Assembly: GCA_963752595.1 (NCBI GenBank)
Contig: CAVVYZ010000009.1
Coordinates: forward strand, 288,001 to 352,000
Length of the DNA: 64,000 bases
DNA from: an uncultured delta proteobacterium
GTDB taxonomy: Bacteria > Desulfobacterota > Desulfomonilia > UBA1062
Direction of reading: 5' to 3'
Shown: piece after piece, positions 23,535-34,184 of the stretch
How the letters are laid out: every line of letters starts with the position of its first letter
Numbering within the stretch: the stretch's first letter is position 1
Notes under the pieces: model-generated
Databases searched by the model: none
What the model was told of the DNA's origin: nothing
The model's input: the letters and a program-made list of their open reading frames with translations, nothing else
Position numbers and translations under genes: made by a program

Positions 23535-23686
23535 GGCATTTCCTTATCAGTTCTTAGAAAAATTTCCCCTTTCTTAACACCGCGCTCATAATTATTCCAG
23601 CATATTTGCGAAAAATGAGAAAGTGGACTTTTTACCGGATACAGAAGAAAAATGAAAGGATAAACTTGTTTCGGACCGTGAGACAT

Positions 23687-23730
23687 GAGTCCCCTCTCCC
23701 GCCTGCGGGAGAAGGGACAGGGAGAGGATA
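23687..23730 (-). repeat. REP-like extragenic palindrome
   Basis: Minus strand CCTCTCCCTGTCCCTTCTCCCGCAGGCGGGAGAGGGGA fits the CCCTCACCC..CCCTCTCCC..GGGAGAGGG class. Confidence 0.55.
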
Positions 23731-23774
23731 TACCGGTAGAAAGCAAGATCCGGGTGCCCCCTCCCCTTTACAGC

Positions 23775-24563
23775 CTACTGGGCAGAGGCTTTGATGATCG
23801 AGCCCGAAATCATGCCCCAGTTGTTCTTCAGGACCATGTAGCGGGGAAGCTCGAGCGGGTCCTTGTTCAGGCTTAAGGGAGAGAGAACTCCGCCCCAGTT
23901 GATGGTAAAGGCATATGCATACCCTGAACTTTTAAGGGTCTTTTTCGTGATATCGCTCCGCACGCCGTTGGGATAGACAAAGGCAGAAATCCTGATCCCG
24001 AGATTCTTTTCCAGTAACTCTTTTGAGCCGGTTATTTCATGGATGAACTCGGCCTTGTCCTGATCATAGAATTTCTGATTCATGAGCATGTGATAATATC
24101 CATGGGCTGCGATGTCACAACCGTCCTGGACGAGTTCCTTGAGCTGCTCCCAGGTGAGCGCATAGGTTTTCTTCCCGATGATGTTCGGATAGATGGCAAG
24201 GAGAGGTTTGATGCCCAGAGGCTTCATGGTCTGCCGGTACGCCTCCAGGACGCTTCTATTGCCGTCGTCGATGACGACGAGGATATTCTGCGTCCCCGTT
24301 ACCGTGCCTTTTACGAGGTCTGAGTATGACACGAAGCGGAAGCCCTTACTCTTTAATGAATTCATCTGGGCGCGGAACTCCTCCACGGGGATATCGCTCG
24401 GAAAGGGCTTATTCCCGAGAAAGGAATGATAGCAGAGCACGAATACCTTCTGGTCTGCCGCAGGAGCATCGCTCCATCCGGCAAAGCATAAAGACAAAAC
24501 GATCAATCCTGCTGAAATGTAGGCTCCTATTCTTCCTTTTGAAGTTCCGATCTGATCCGGCAT
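23775..24563 (-). CDS. Polysaccharide deacetylase (NodB/CE4), exported
   Basis: 'LCYH', 'IDDG', 'HGYYH', 'FVYPNG', 'LPR'; signal peptide. Confidence 0.85.
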   Translation of the reverse strand: MPDQIGTSKGRIGAYISAGLIVLSLCFAGWSDAPAADQKVFVLCYHSFLGNKPFPSDIPVEEFRAQMNSLKSKGFRFVSYSDLVKGTVTGTQNILVVIDDGNRSVLEAYRQTMKPLGIKPLLAIYPNIIGKKTYALTWEQLKELVQDGCDIAAHGYYHMLMNQKFYDQDKAEFIHEITGSKELLEKNLGIRISAFVYPNGVRSDITKKTLKSSGYAYAFTINWGGVLSPLSLNKDPLELPRYMVLKNNWGMISGSIIKASAQ

Positions 24564-24988
24564 GGCGCATCCTTTCTCTCACGTTGAGTGTTTGATCAGA
24601 CTGCTTTCTGTTCCTCTCTATAGCCCAAGAATTTCGTTTCCGCCAGGGGGATGATAGGGTGTGAAACCACCATTTTGCCCATGTCCCTGAGAAGAACATG
24701 AAATGATTATCAGGGCGAACGCAGTTATTTTAGGATCTTTGACAGACCGATTCCCTAAAATGTGCACAGTATCCCTTCTCTCCGGGGCGGCTCCCGGAGG
24801 TAATACCGGACATCCGTCCCCGCCTACGACTTTTCAACGGACATCACTTACACCCCGCCGGCCGGGGTGCTTTAAAATCCGGCCTTGTCTTGCAGGGATT
24901 TCGAAAAAGCGTTAAGATACGCCCAATGTCTCACCGTTGGGTACCCAAGGGACAGCGGCAGGAGAATTATTCGAGAGCAGCAGGTGAT

Positions 24989-26563
24989 ATGAAGACAACA
25001 GCACCCATCAACGCCCGCAAGCCGGGAAAAAAGACCGGCAAGGCGGCATCCGGCAGTGGAAATACCCGCAAAGATACGGTCGAAGTGATCGCAAATGCGG
25101 GCAAGACCATGGAGAAGCTCCACCGGATCGAGTCGGAACAGAAAAAGGATCAGCAAGCCCTTGAGGAGATTACGCATGCCCTCAAGGAGCGGGTGAAAGA
25201 GCTCAACTGCCTTTACAGCATATCGCACATCGTTGAAACCTATGGCCTGGACCTGGATATGATTCTCGACCGTTCCGTAGAAGTCATCCCCATTGCCTGG
25301 CAATACCCCGAGGTCACCTGCTGCCGCATACGCCTTGAAGGGACCCTCGTGCAGAGCCCGGATTTCGAGGAGACTCCCTGGAAGCTCTCCCAAAACATCG
25401 TGGTTGACGGCGAAGCCCTTGGCTTCCTTGAGGTTTTTTACCGTGAGGAAAAACCCGAGATGGACGAAGGTCCCTTCCTTGCCGAAGAAAGAAGCCTCAT
25501 CAAGGTAATAGCTGAGCGGTTCGGAAAGCTCGTCGATCGAAAGCGTGCCGAGGACGCTCTTCATGAGAGTGAGCTTAAAAATATCGCGCTCCTGAATGCC
25601 ATACCGGATCTCATGTTCCAGGTAGATGACAAAGGCACCCTGGTAGGGCTCCGTTCAGGGACTTTCATAATGCTCCGGGATCTCGAAGAGCGGCTCGTAG
25701 GAAGAAGCATCTATTGCCTGGCGGATGAAGAAGACCTGTTGCCCCGCCGGCTCATCGACCATGCCATGAACTCCGTACGGCGGGCCCTGGAAACAGGAAA
25801 TCCCCAGGTCTTTGAACAGCATACCTCCCTTAACAGCAAAGGCAGGGACTACGAGATACGCATGGTGGTATGCAGGCCTAACGAAGTGCTCGGCATCGTA
25901 CGTGACATCACGAGGAGAAAAAGGCTGGAGCGCGAGATCCTTGAAATAAGCAACCGGGAGCAGAGAAGAATCGGCCAGGACCTCCATGACAGCCTCTGTC
26001 AGCATCTTGCCGGCATCGGGTTCATGGGCAAGGTGCTCGAGAAGAAGATATCATCGAAAATCCCTGTGGAAACCGGCGATGTCCGGGAAATCGTCGATCT
26101 CATCGACCAGGCGATCACGCTCACCAAAGGTTACGCCCGCGGGCTCAACCCTATCCAGCTCGAGGCCGAAGGCCTCATGATCGCACTTGGCAAGCTCGCT
26201 GAGAATGTCCAAAGGCTTTTCGGCGTTACCTGCACATTTACCTGCACGTCGCCGATCTACATCCTTGATAATGAAATGTCCGCCAACCTCTACCGGATCG
26301 TACAAGAGGCATTGAATAATGCGATTAAACACGGTAAGGCGGATACGGTGTCTATCACATTGGAAAAAAATGGATCGACCGTACACTTGAACGTATGCGA
26401 CAACGGCATCGGCATCGGGAAAACAAAGAGGAAAGGGAAAGGCATGGGGCTGAACATCATGCGCTACCGTGCCTCCATGTTCGGCGCCTCCCTCGATATC
26501 AAGAGCCGTGTGCATGGCGGAACCGAAATCATATGCTCATTCCAGCTCTCGGAAGGGCACTGA
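24989..26563 (+). CDS. Cytoplasmic GAF-like/PAS sensor kinase (HisKA_3 type)
   Basis: 'ERVKELNCLY..WQYP..GPFL.EE' domain, PAS, 'RIGQDLHD', 'QEALNNAIKH'; start uncertain (24890-25110). Confidence 0.88.
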   Translation: MKTTAPINARKPGKKTGKAASGSGNTRKDTVEVIANAGKTMEKLHRIESEQKKDQQALEEITHALKERVKELNCLYSISHIVETYGLDLDMILDRSVEVIPIAWQYPEVTCCRIRLEGTLVQSPDFEETPWKLSQNIVVDGEALGFLEVFYREEKPEMDEGPFLAEERSLIKVIAERFGKLVDRKRAEDALHESELKNIALLNAIPDLMFQVDDKGTLVGLRSGTFIMLRDLEERLVGRSIYCLADEEDLLPRRLIDHAMNSVRRALETGNPQVFEQHTSLNSKGRDYEIRMVVCRPNEVLGIVRDITRRKRLEREILEISNREQRRIGQDLHDSLCQHLAGIGFMGKVLEKKISSKIPVETGDVREIVDLIDQAITLTKGYARGLNPIQLEAEGLMIALGKLAENVQRLFGVTCTFTCTSPIYILDNEMSANLYRIVQEALNNAIKHGKADTVSITLEKNGSTVHLNVCDNGIGIGKTKRKGKGMGLNIMRYRASMFGASLDIKSRVHGGTEIICSFQLSEGH

Positions 26564-26602
26564 AACGAACGAATAAAAGTCAATTGGTGAGGAGGAATAC
26601 AT

Positions 26603-27253
26603 ATGGGCCGCATGAGAATCATGATCGTGGATGATCACCCGATCCTTCGCAAGGGGTTGGCTATGGTTATCAACCAGGAACCGGATCTTACGGTTTCCGC
26701 AGAGGCTCCAGACGCCTCTACCGCGCTCGATATGATGGAATCGCACAAGCCCGATCTGGTGATGGTGGACCTCTCGCTCCCGGGCATCGACGGGATCGAG
26801 CTGATCAAGACCATGAAAATCAGATACAAGGATCTTCCCGCCCTCGTGGTATCCATGCATGATGAGTCGATCTTTGCCGAACGGGCCCTGAGGGCCGGTG
26901 CACGAGGATATATCATGAAGCAGGAGGCCGTGGAAAAGGTCCTGGTTGCCATCCGCAAGGTTCTGAACGGCGAGATCTTCGTGAGCGACAAGATTACCAC
27001 GAAGATGCTCGAAACCCTTGTCTCCAGCGATGCGAAACCCGTGAGCTCGCCGCTCGATCTCCTGAGCAACCGAGAGCTCACCGTATTCCGCATGATCGGT
27101 CAGGGCTTCAAGACCAGCCAGATCGCCGAAGAGCTCCACTTAAGCGTAAAGACCATAGAATCGTACCGTTCGCACATCAAGGAAAAGCTCAAGCTCGATA
27201 CCGGCACCGATCTCATGAAATATGCAATCCAGTGGGTGCAGAACGCGGCCTGA
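26603..27253 (+). CDS. NarL/FixJ-family response regulator
   Basis: REC 'VDDHP..DLSLP' plus LuxR HTH 'LSNRE...LSVKTIESYR'. Confidence 0.93.
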   Translation: MGRMRIMIVDDHPILRKGLAMVINQEPDLTVSAEAPDASTALDMMESHKPDLVMVDLSLPGIDGIELIKTMKIRYKDLPALVVSMHDESIFAERALRAGARGYIMKQEAVEKVLVAIRKVLNGEIFVSDKITTKMLETLVSSDAKPVSSPLDLLSNRELTVFRMIGQGFKTSQIAEELHLSVKTIESYRSHIKEKLKLDTGTDLMKYAIQWVQNAA

Positions 27254-27370
27254 AGAAAAAGAAATGCTTGAATGGGACGCCGGAATTGACAGATTGCGAT
27301 GCATCCGGCTCACAAGTCAAGCCTTCTTTGCCCAGCGGAACACCGCATCAAACAACGATTGCCACCCAAA

Positions 27371-27416
27371 TAAGGGATTGCCCCTATATCTGCATAGGGG
27401 TACCCCTTATGCAGAT
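27371..27416. promoter_or_regulatory. Tandem palindromic operator-like sites upstream of gdhA
   Basis: TAAGGGATTGCCCCTA and ATCTGCATAGGGGTACCCCTTATGCAGAT. Confidence 0.45.
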
Positions 27417-27633
27417 TCCAGCATTTCCCTGATTGTTAAACCTGCTTTTTTCGGGTTTTATAAGGGTAATTTTTCTCATAGCAAAAGAGTGGAAATAAAT
27501 TAATGCTTAATAAACTGATAGTTGCCAATCAAGGGGCACATCAGGGAATGGATGATTCTGCAAAGGTAAGGTGACGAAGTGAAACGGCTATATCGGAAAA
27601 GCTGTAAACCATACTAACTTAGAGGAGGAATAA

Positions 27634-28999
<1,366 letters not shown>

Positions 29000-29133
29000 T
29001 AAGTTACAAAGAGGATGGCGTATTCGTGCGTACGGTGGACACGAACCTGCTTTTATGAGTAAAGGCACGGCATGAAGCATATCATGTGCGCCGTTCTCCA
29101 CCTCCTTTTTCCCTGTCACTTCAACACGGCTTC

Positions 29134-29166
29134 CGGCCCGGGTTCTCACCCGGGCCGATCTTTCTT
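29134..29166 (+). terminator. Intrinsic terminator downstream of gdhA
   Basis: CGGCCCGGG-TTCTCA-CCCGGGCCG then ATCTTTCTT. Confidence 0.55.
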
Positions 29167-29230
29167 GTGCAGGCTTAAGCATCTCAAAGCCTCTAACTAT
29201 CGGTGAGCCGGTGCACCTCATGAGGCGCCT

Positions 29231-29878
29231 ATGGATCCGATCATGATGGATCGTGCGGCAAAATACGGCAGCAATGCATATCGTTTTCTCATCAAGCCCG
29301 AGGACACCCTCCTGCTGGTCATCAATATCCAGGAAAAGTTCCTTGCAGCCATGGAACAGGATCACCGGCAGACCTTTCTGAGGAACAATCAGGCCCTTAT
29401 CCGGACGGCCCATGCCTTGGACATTCCCATCATCGCAAGCGAGCATATGCCTGAGCGCTTCGGCAGGTTAGCGAGCGAAATCGACGAAACTCTCGGGGAT
29501 GCACTTCGGATCGCAAAGCTCAAATTCAGCTGCTGGCGAGAAGGCCGGATCATGGCCGAGATCAAAAAAACCTCCTGCAAGACCGTGATCGTTTCGGGCA
29601 TGGAGGCCCATGTATGCGTGCTCCAGTCGGTCATGGACCTGCTCGTCACCGGGCATTACCCCATTGTTGCCACGGATGCGGTCTGCTCGCGGTTTCTCTA
29701 TCACAGGGAAACGGCGGTAAAAGCCATGGCACAGGCGGGTGCGGTTGCCTACCCGACGGAAGCCATCGTGTTCATGCTTCTGGATACGGCCGGGACCCCG
29801 CTCTTCGAAGAAACGCTGAAGCTCCTGGATTTTAGATGCCCACCCCTTCCCGCATCAAAGGGGATCGTGAACGAGTAG
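29231..29878 (+). CDS. Isochorismatase-family cysteine hydrolase (YcaC/ISOC-like)
   Basis: 'LLVINIQE', 'K.KFSC', 'GMEAHVCVLQS..DL', 'DAVCSR'. Confidence 0.85.
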   Translation: MDPIMMDRAAKYGSNAYRFLIKPEDTLLLVINIQEKFLAAMEQDHRQTFLRNNQALIRTAHALDIPIIASEHMPERFGRLASEIDETLGDALRIAKLKFSCWREGRIMAEIKKTSCKTVIVSGMEAHVCVLQSVMDLLVTGHYPIVATDAVCSRFLYHRETAVKAMAQAGAVAYPTEAIVFMLLDTAGTPLFEETLKLLDFRCPPLPASKGIVNE

Positions 29879-29905
29879 CGACTTTTTACGTGCTGAAAGC
29901 CGGGC

Positions 29906-32505
29906 TTATTCCGGGCTGAAACAGAGCGCCTCCTGGGAAAGGACGTCGGCATACAGGTAGTAATTCTCCTTACCAAGATCCTTCACCTTCACCACATGCT
30001 CGTATTTTGCCTGCTCGGGCAGAAGCGTGCCGAGGATATTCGGCCCGCTGTCGATGAACTCTTTATTGAAGAACGAATGGGAGGTCTCCGGAAATATCGC
30101 CACGTAGAAGATGTCCGTTTCCACGAGGTCCTGGAAAAAGTGCGTGCCGTACGAGAGCTCCGGCATGAGGCTTCCGCCCATATAGGCAAGCTCCACGATG
30201 ACGCTGATGTTGTTGATTTCGGAAAACCGGACGGGCACGCCCAGCGATGGCGTCGTGGTTCCCCATCTCCCCGGCCCGATGAGGACGGCAGGTGTCTTTT
30301 CCCTGTCGGATAGCCGGTTGATCTTCCCGATGAGCCGCGCGATGTCGTACTTCTCGGAGAGCGTGAGCTTGTGATAAGCTTCCGGTTCGACCATGATGAT
30401 GCGTCTGACCTGCTGATTCGCGCTTCCGCCCATGAAGCTCCCTTCGGAGCGGAAAATCACCTTCCCGTCCGGAATATTCCTCGGCACCACGACCCTCTTG
30501 CCTTCGCCCTTGGTCTGCAGCGGCCTGCACTGGACGAGGTTGACGGCAAAAGCGCTGTCTTCGGTGAAGTTGACCGTAAATTCGATATCCACCGGGTAGT
30601 CGTATGCCCGTTCAAGGGTTTTGAGCATCCTGTGCATGGTGTCGGGAAGGCTGCTTTCGGAAAGGAGCCGGTCAAACGTGACGATCCACCTGCTCCCGGC
30701 GCTCCCTGCCTCTTCCCTCATCATGTCTCCGGAATCCCTGTCCAGGGTGCCGATCAGATCGAGGTTCACCCTTGCATCCTCATTCATCACCTGGGAGGCC
30801 GGGACGGTCTCAAAGCTGTTCTTGGATGATATCGAGCACGTCGACATCGTGCTGGGAATACTTCCGGACTTCCCCGATCTCGCTGTACGGTTTGACCAGC
30901 GGGGCGTCCAGCGCAACGATCCGCGGGTAGTCGTTGTCCACCCGGTTCACTGCCCGCGTGCCCAGGCCCAGCACGAGCCGGATCATCCCTGCCTTGGGGT
31001 CCATGTCCTTCCTCCAGACGAAGGTATTGTAGGAGATCCCACGCCGGCCAGATCCGGGAAGAAATACTCTTTCCGGTACGACCCCGATACCCTCTGGACC
31101 AGCAGGGCCATCTGCTCGTCATGCTGGTCGAGGCCCCTCTGCAGGCGGTAGGTCAGGGCGTCTTCGTTCATCATGCTCGAATAGACCTGCCGCACGCATT
31201 CCCTGAAATTCTTGAACCGCTGTTCCGGGGTCCCCTGGTTGACGCAGAAGATGCTTTCGTATTTGCCGGCAAAGGCGTTGCCGAAGGCGTCTTCCAGAAG
31301 GCTGCTCGATCGGACGATGATGGGAGACTGGCCGAAATATTCGATCAGGTGCCAGAACTGCTCCTCGATCTCCTCGGGGAAGTCGCCTTCGAGCATGTTC
31401 TCCTGCAAGCGTCCTGGCCACTTCGAAATAGCCCTCCTTTGTCTTCTGCTCCATGCGGAGCTTCCACCAGCCGTTCTCGACGATATAGGTATAGAAGACA
31501 TCCGAGCCGATGTAGAAGGAGTCATGGGGCTCCAGGAGCGACCCCCAGTCGAATGACCCGTCTGAGCGAAAGGATCTTCCTGGCCAGCAGCATGCCCACG
31601 GCTTTGCCGCCGATGTAGCCGGTCCCGATGAGCCTCGATTTGATGTCGAGGAGATCTTCGAGGGTAAAGCTGCCTGCTTGCGAGGTCGAATATCCTGTGT
31701 TCCCGGCCGATCATGATCTCGCAGAGGTGGTCCGAGCATCGCTCCTTTTCTGCGGCTCTCCGCTCGTCGCTTACCAGATCTCTTCCACCGTGAGAAAGAG
31801 CCGGTCCCAGTAATCGAGGTTCCTCCTCGTCTCTTCCGGTATCCCGTCCGGAAATATAGGTGAAGAGCCTGCCCGACATCGACGCTGCTCGTGACGGGCA
31901 GGAAGCGTCCTCCTCGCATGCTTGTGGGGCAGGAACATGGTGGGCTTGTGCCGTCCCATGACCTTCAGCGGATGGACGTAGATGCTGTCTCCGTACGTTG
32001 TAGACATCGAGGAGGACCTGGGTGGTTTCCCGGATCCTGGCCACGGTCTTGAAGGAATGGCTGTTACGGATAAGCCCGAAGTAGGCGATGGTGTTGAGCT
32101 GGTAAAGATAGGGACATGTGATCCTGAAGAAGTTGCCGATCATGAGGTCGGTGGCCCAGGCGGAAAGAGGTCGGAAAGGCAGTCGAAGACATAAAACACA
32201 TCTTCTCCTTCCTTGGTGACAATGGTGTACACCTGCGTTGAGAAGGACTCGAACCCGCTGTAGGCATCGAGCTTGTAGGTGACGACTGCAGGGTTGTTCT
32301 CAATGAGCGGCTTGTGTCCGGCAAACCGTATGTACACGACCTTCTGTGCTCTTCGACCGCCCGGGTAACAAAGGGCGCCGACAAAAAAGAGGTAGTCGTC
32401 GATGCTGTCCACCTGCCAGACCACATTATCGCCGGTCCGAAGGCCGTCGATAATCTGATCGAAACTCTCAAGCCCGGTACTGACCCTTCCGACCAATTTC
32501 CCCAT
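29906..32505 (-). CDS. PEP/pyruvate-binding (PPDK_N) domain protein with degenerate KaiC/RecA-like N-terminus; multiple frameshifts
   Basis: Pieces 'VSTGLESFDQIIDGLRTGDN', 'IRETTQV', 'VRSSSLLED...FAGKYES', 'GLGTRAV', 'VDIEF', 'VQCRPLQ', 'GPGRWG', 'SYGTHFFQDL'. Confidence 0.8.
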
Positions 32506-32862
32506 GATGTCCTTCCTTTCAAGGTCTTTCGCGGCTTTGGCTCTGCTGATGATACCCAAGCCCTGCGCAAAGGCGCCGATCCGTTTTCGAAATCCCGTAA
32601 AGCTCCTTGGCTGTAATCAGAAATCATTGCTATTCTGCCTTTTGTCAAGCGCAAAGAGGCATTGATGCATGACTCCCATTGAGGAAAACATTCCTTATGG
32701 TTATTATGAATGATATCGCGTTCAAAGGATTGAACAGGCGCTTTAGAACAGCGCGCAAGCGGTTTTTCATCAGAGGTGACGTATCTTTGTTTCACCCTAT
32801 ACCGGAAACATTCTTGATTACAAAGCCGGTCCTTCAAGCGCCTACCGGCAAAGGAGTAATTC

Positions 32863-33148
32863 ATGACCGACAAAGACGCTTTCCAGCTCAAGATGCAGCA
32901 TAAATTGGACGAACTGAGTGCGGAAATCGATAAAATGAAGTCAAAGGCGAATCAGGAAGATACCGGAACCAGGAACGAATATTATAAGCAGATCAACTAC
33001 CTTTTAGGGAGGCGGGGGCTGCAGAAGACAGGTTGGACGAATTGAAGAAACGGAAGGCCGATCCTGGGAAAAGCTGAAAGAAAGCACCGAGAGTGCGTAC
33101 AATGACGTAAGAACTGCCGTTGAATCAGCATGGACAAAGCTCAAATGA
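32863..33148 (+). CDS. Small coiled-coil protein (sll1863-like stress family); two frameshifts
   Basis: AAGGAG RBS; MTDKDAFQLKMQHKLDE...AAEDRLDELK...SWEKLKE...AWTKLK. Confidence 0.6.
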
Positions 33149-33251
33149 CACCTGCACCGGAATGGCAGATCAGCAAGCATCGGTCAAAGCAGTCTTCCCA
33201 AAGGCGTAACCCTCGTGCCTCACATCATATCAAAGAGAAAGGAGAAAGAAG

Positions 33252-33713
33252 ATGAATCAGGTAAGATTGATGATCATCGCCCTGGCGGCTCTGACCGCTG
33301 CATTATTTGTCATCATCCCTGTAGCCGTTGCACGGCGTCTGTCCGCCAACAGGGCTGCAAAAAGGGTAAAGTACCATACGGCCAAGGCTCTCGAAGCACT
33401 CAAAGATTATACTTCCGATCAGCGGGACGAGGCCATCGGGCAGGCAAAAGCCACGATGAACGACCTGGATGATCGCATCGAGGCATTGCGGCAGGCCATG
33501 TTCAATAACTGGGATAAAATGGATCAGGCAGCCAGGGAAAAATCGAGGAGCTCTCTCTATGAGCTTACAAAAAAGCGGAACCAGCTCGCCGAATGGTATG
33601 GAGCCATGGTTCACAGCTCTGCAGAAGCCTGGAATGATGTGAAAGAAGGATTCATGGACAGCTTCCGCATCCTGAGCTCTTCCTTCCAGCAGGCCCAGAG
33701 CGAATTCAGCTGA
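33252..33713 (+). CDS. Membrane-anchored helical hypothetical protein
   Basis: AAGGAG RBS, N-terminal TM, C-terminal 'AEAWNDVKEGF..S...L' similar to upstream gene. Confidence 0.7.
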   Translation: MNQVRLMIIALAALTAALFVIIPVAVARRLSANRAAKRVKYHTAKALEALKDYTSDQRDEAIGQAKATMNDLDDRIEALRQAMFNNWDKMDQAAREKSRSSLYELTKKRNQLAEWYGAMVHSSAEAWNDVKEGFMDSFRILSSSFQQAQSEFS

Positions 33714-33758
33714 TCTCTGCAAGCATTTCGCTGTAGAGATTGATTTTCTTTGAAGAAG

Positions 33759-33803
33759 GGCTTATTACGAGTGCACCTCTCAAAGCCGGCCTCGTAATAA
33801 GCC
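33759..33803. repeat. Perfect 13-bp inverted repeat
   Basis: GGCTTATTACGAG-19 nt-CTCGTAATAAGCC. Confidence 0.6.
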
Positions 33804-34184
33804 TCTGGATGCTATTCCTTGCAGGCTCATGGCATACGAAACACTTTATTTATTGCACGTATAAAAATTCTGCTTTATTATTACGCGTATTATTTGATTT
33901 TTATTTTATTTGACGGGATGTCTTCGAATCCATCATGTTTTTATGCATCCACAACCCATTGGGCCTCATTTTTTTGTAGAGGACTCGTATCATGTAAAAC
34001 ATGGCCGGACATCGCGGGCTGAGGATAGCGTCATTCTGCAAAAGAGAACTCCTCTTATCCCCGGTAAGGCTTACCCGGTTCAGACAGGAGAAACAGTAAA
34101 AAAAATTATGTCCGAAACATGACCGATGCTTTGATAATCATCAGCCGGGTAAGATAAGGGGCTGATGATGCAGAGGGGTTTACC

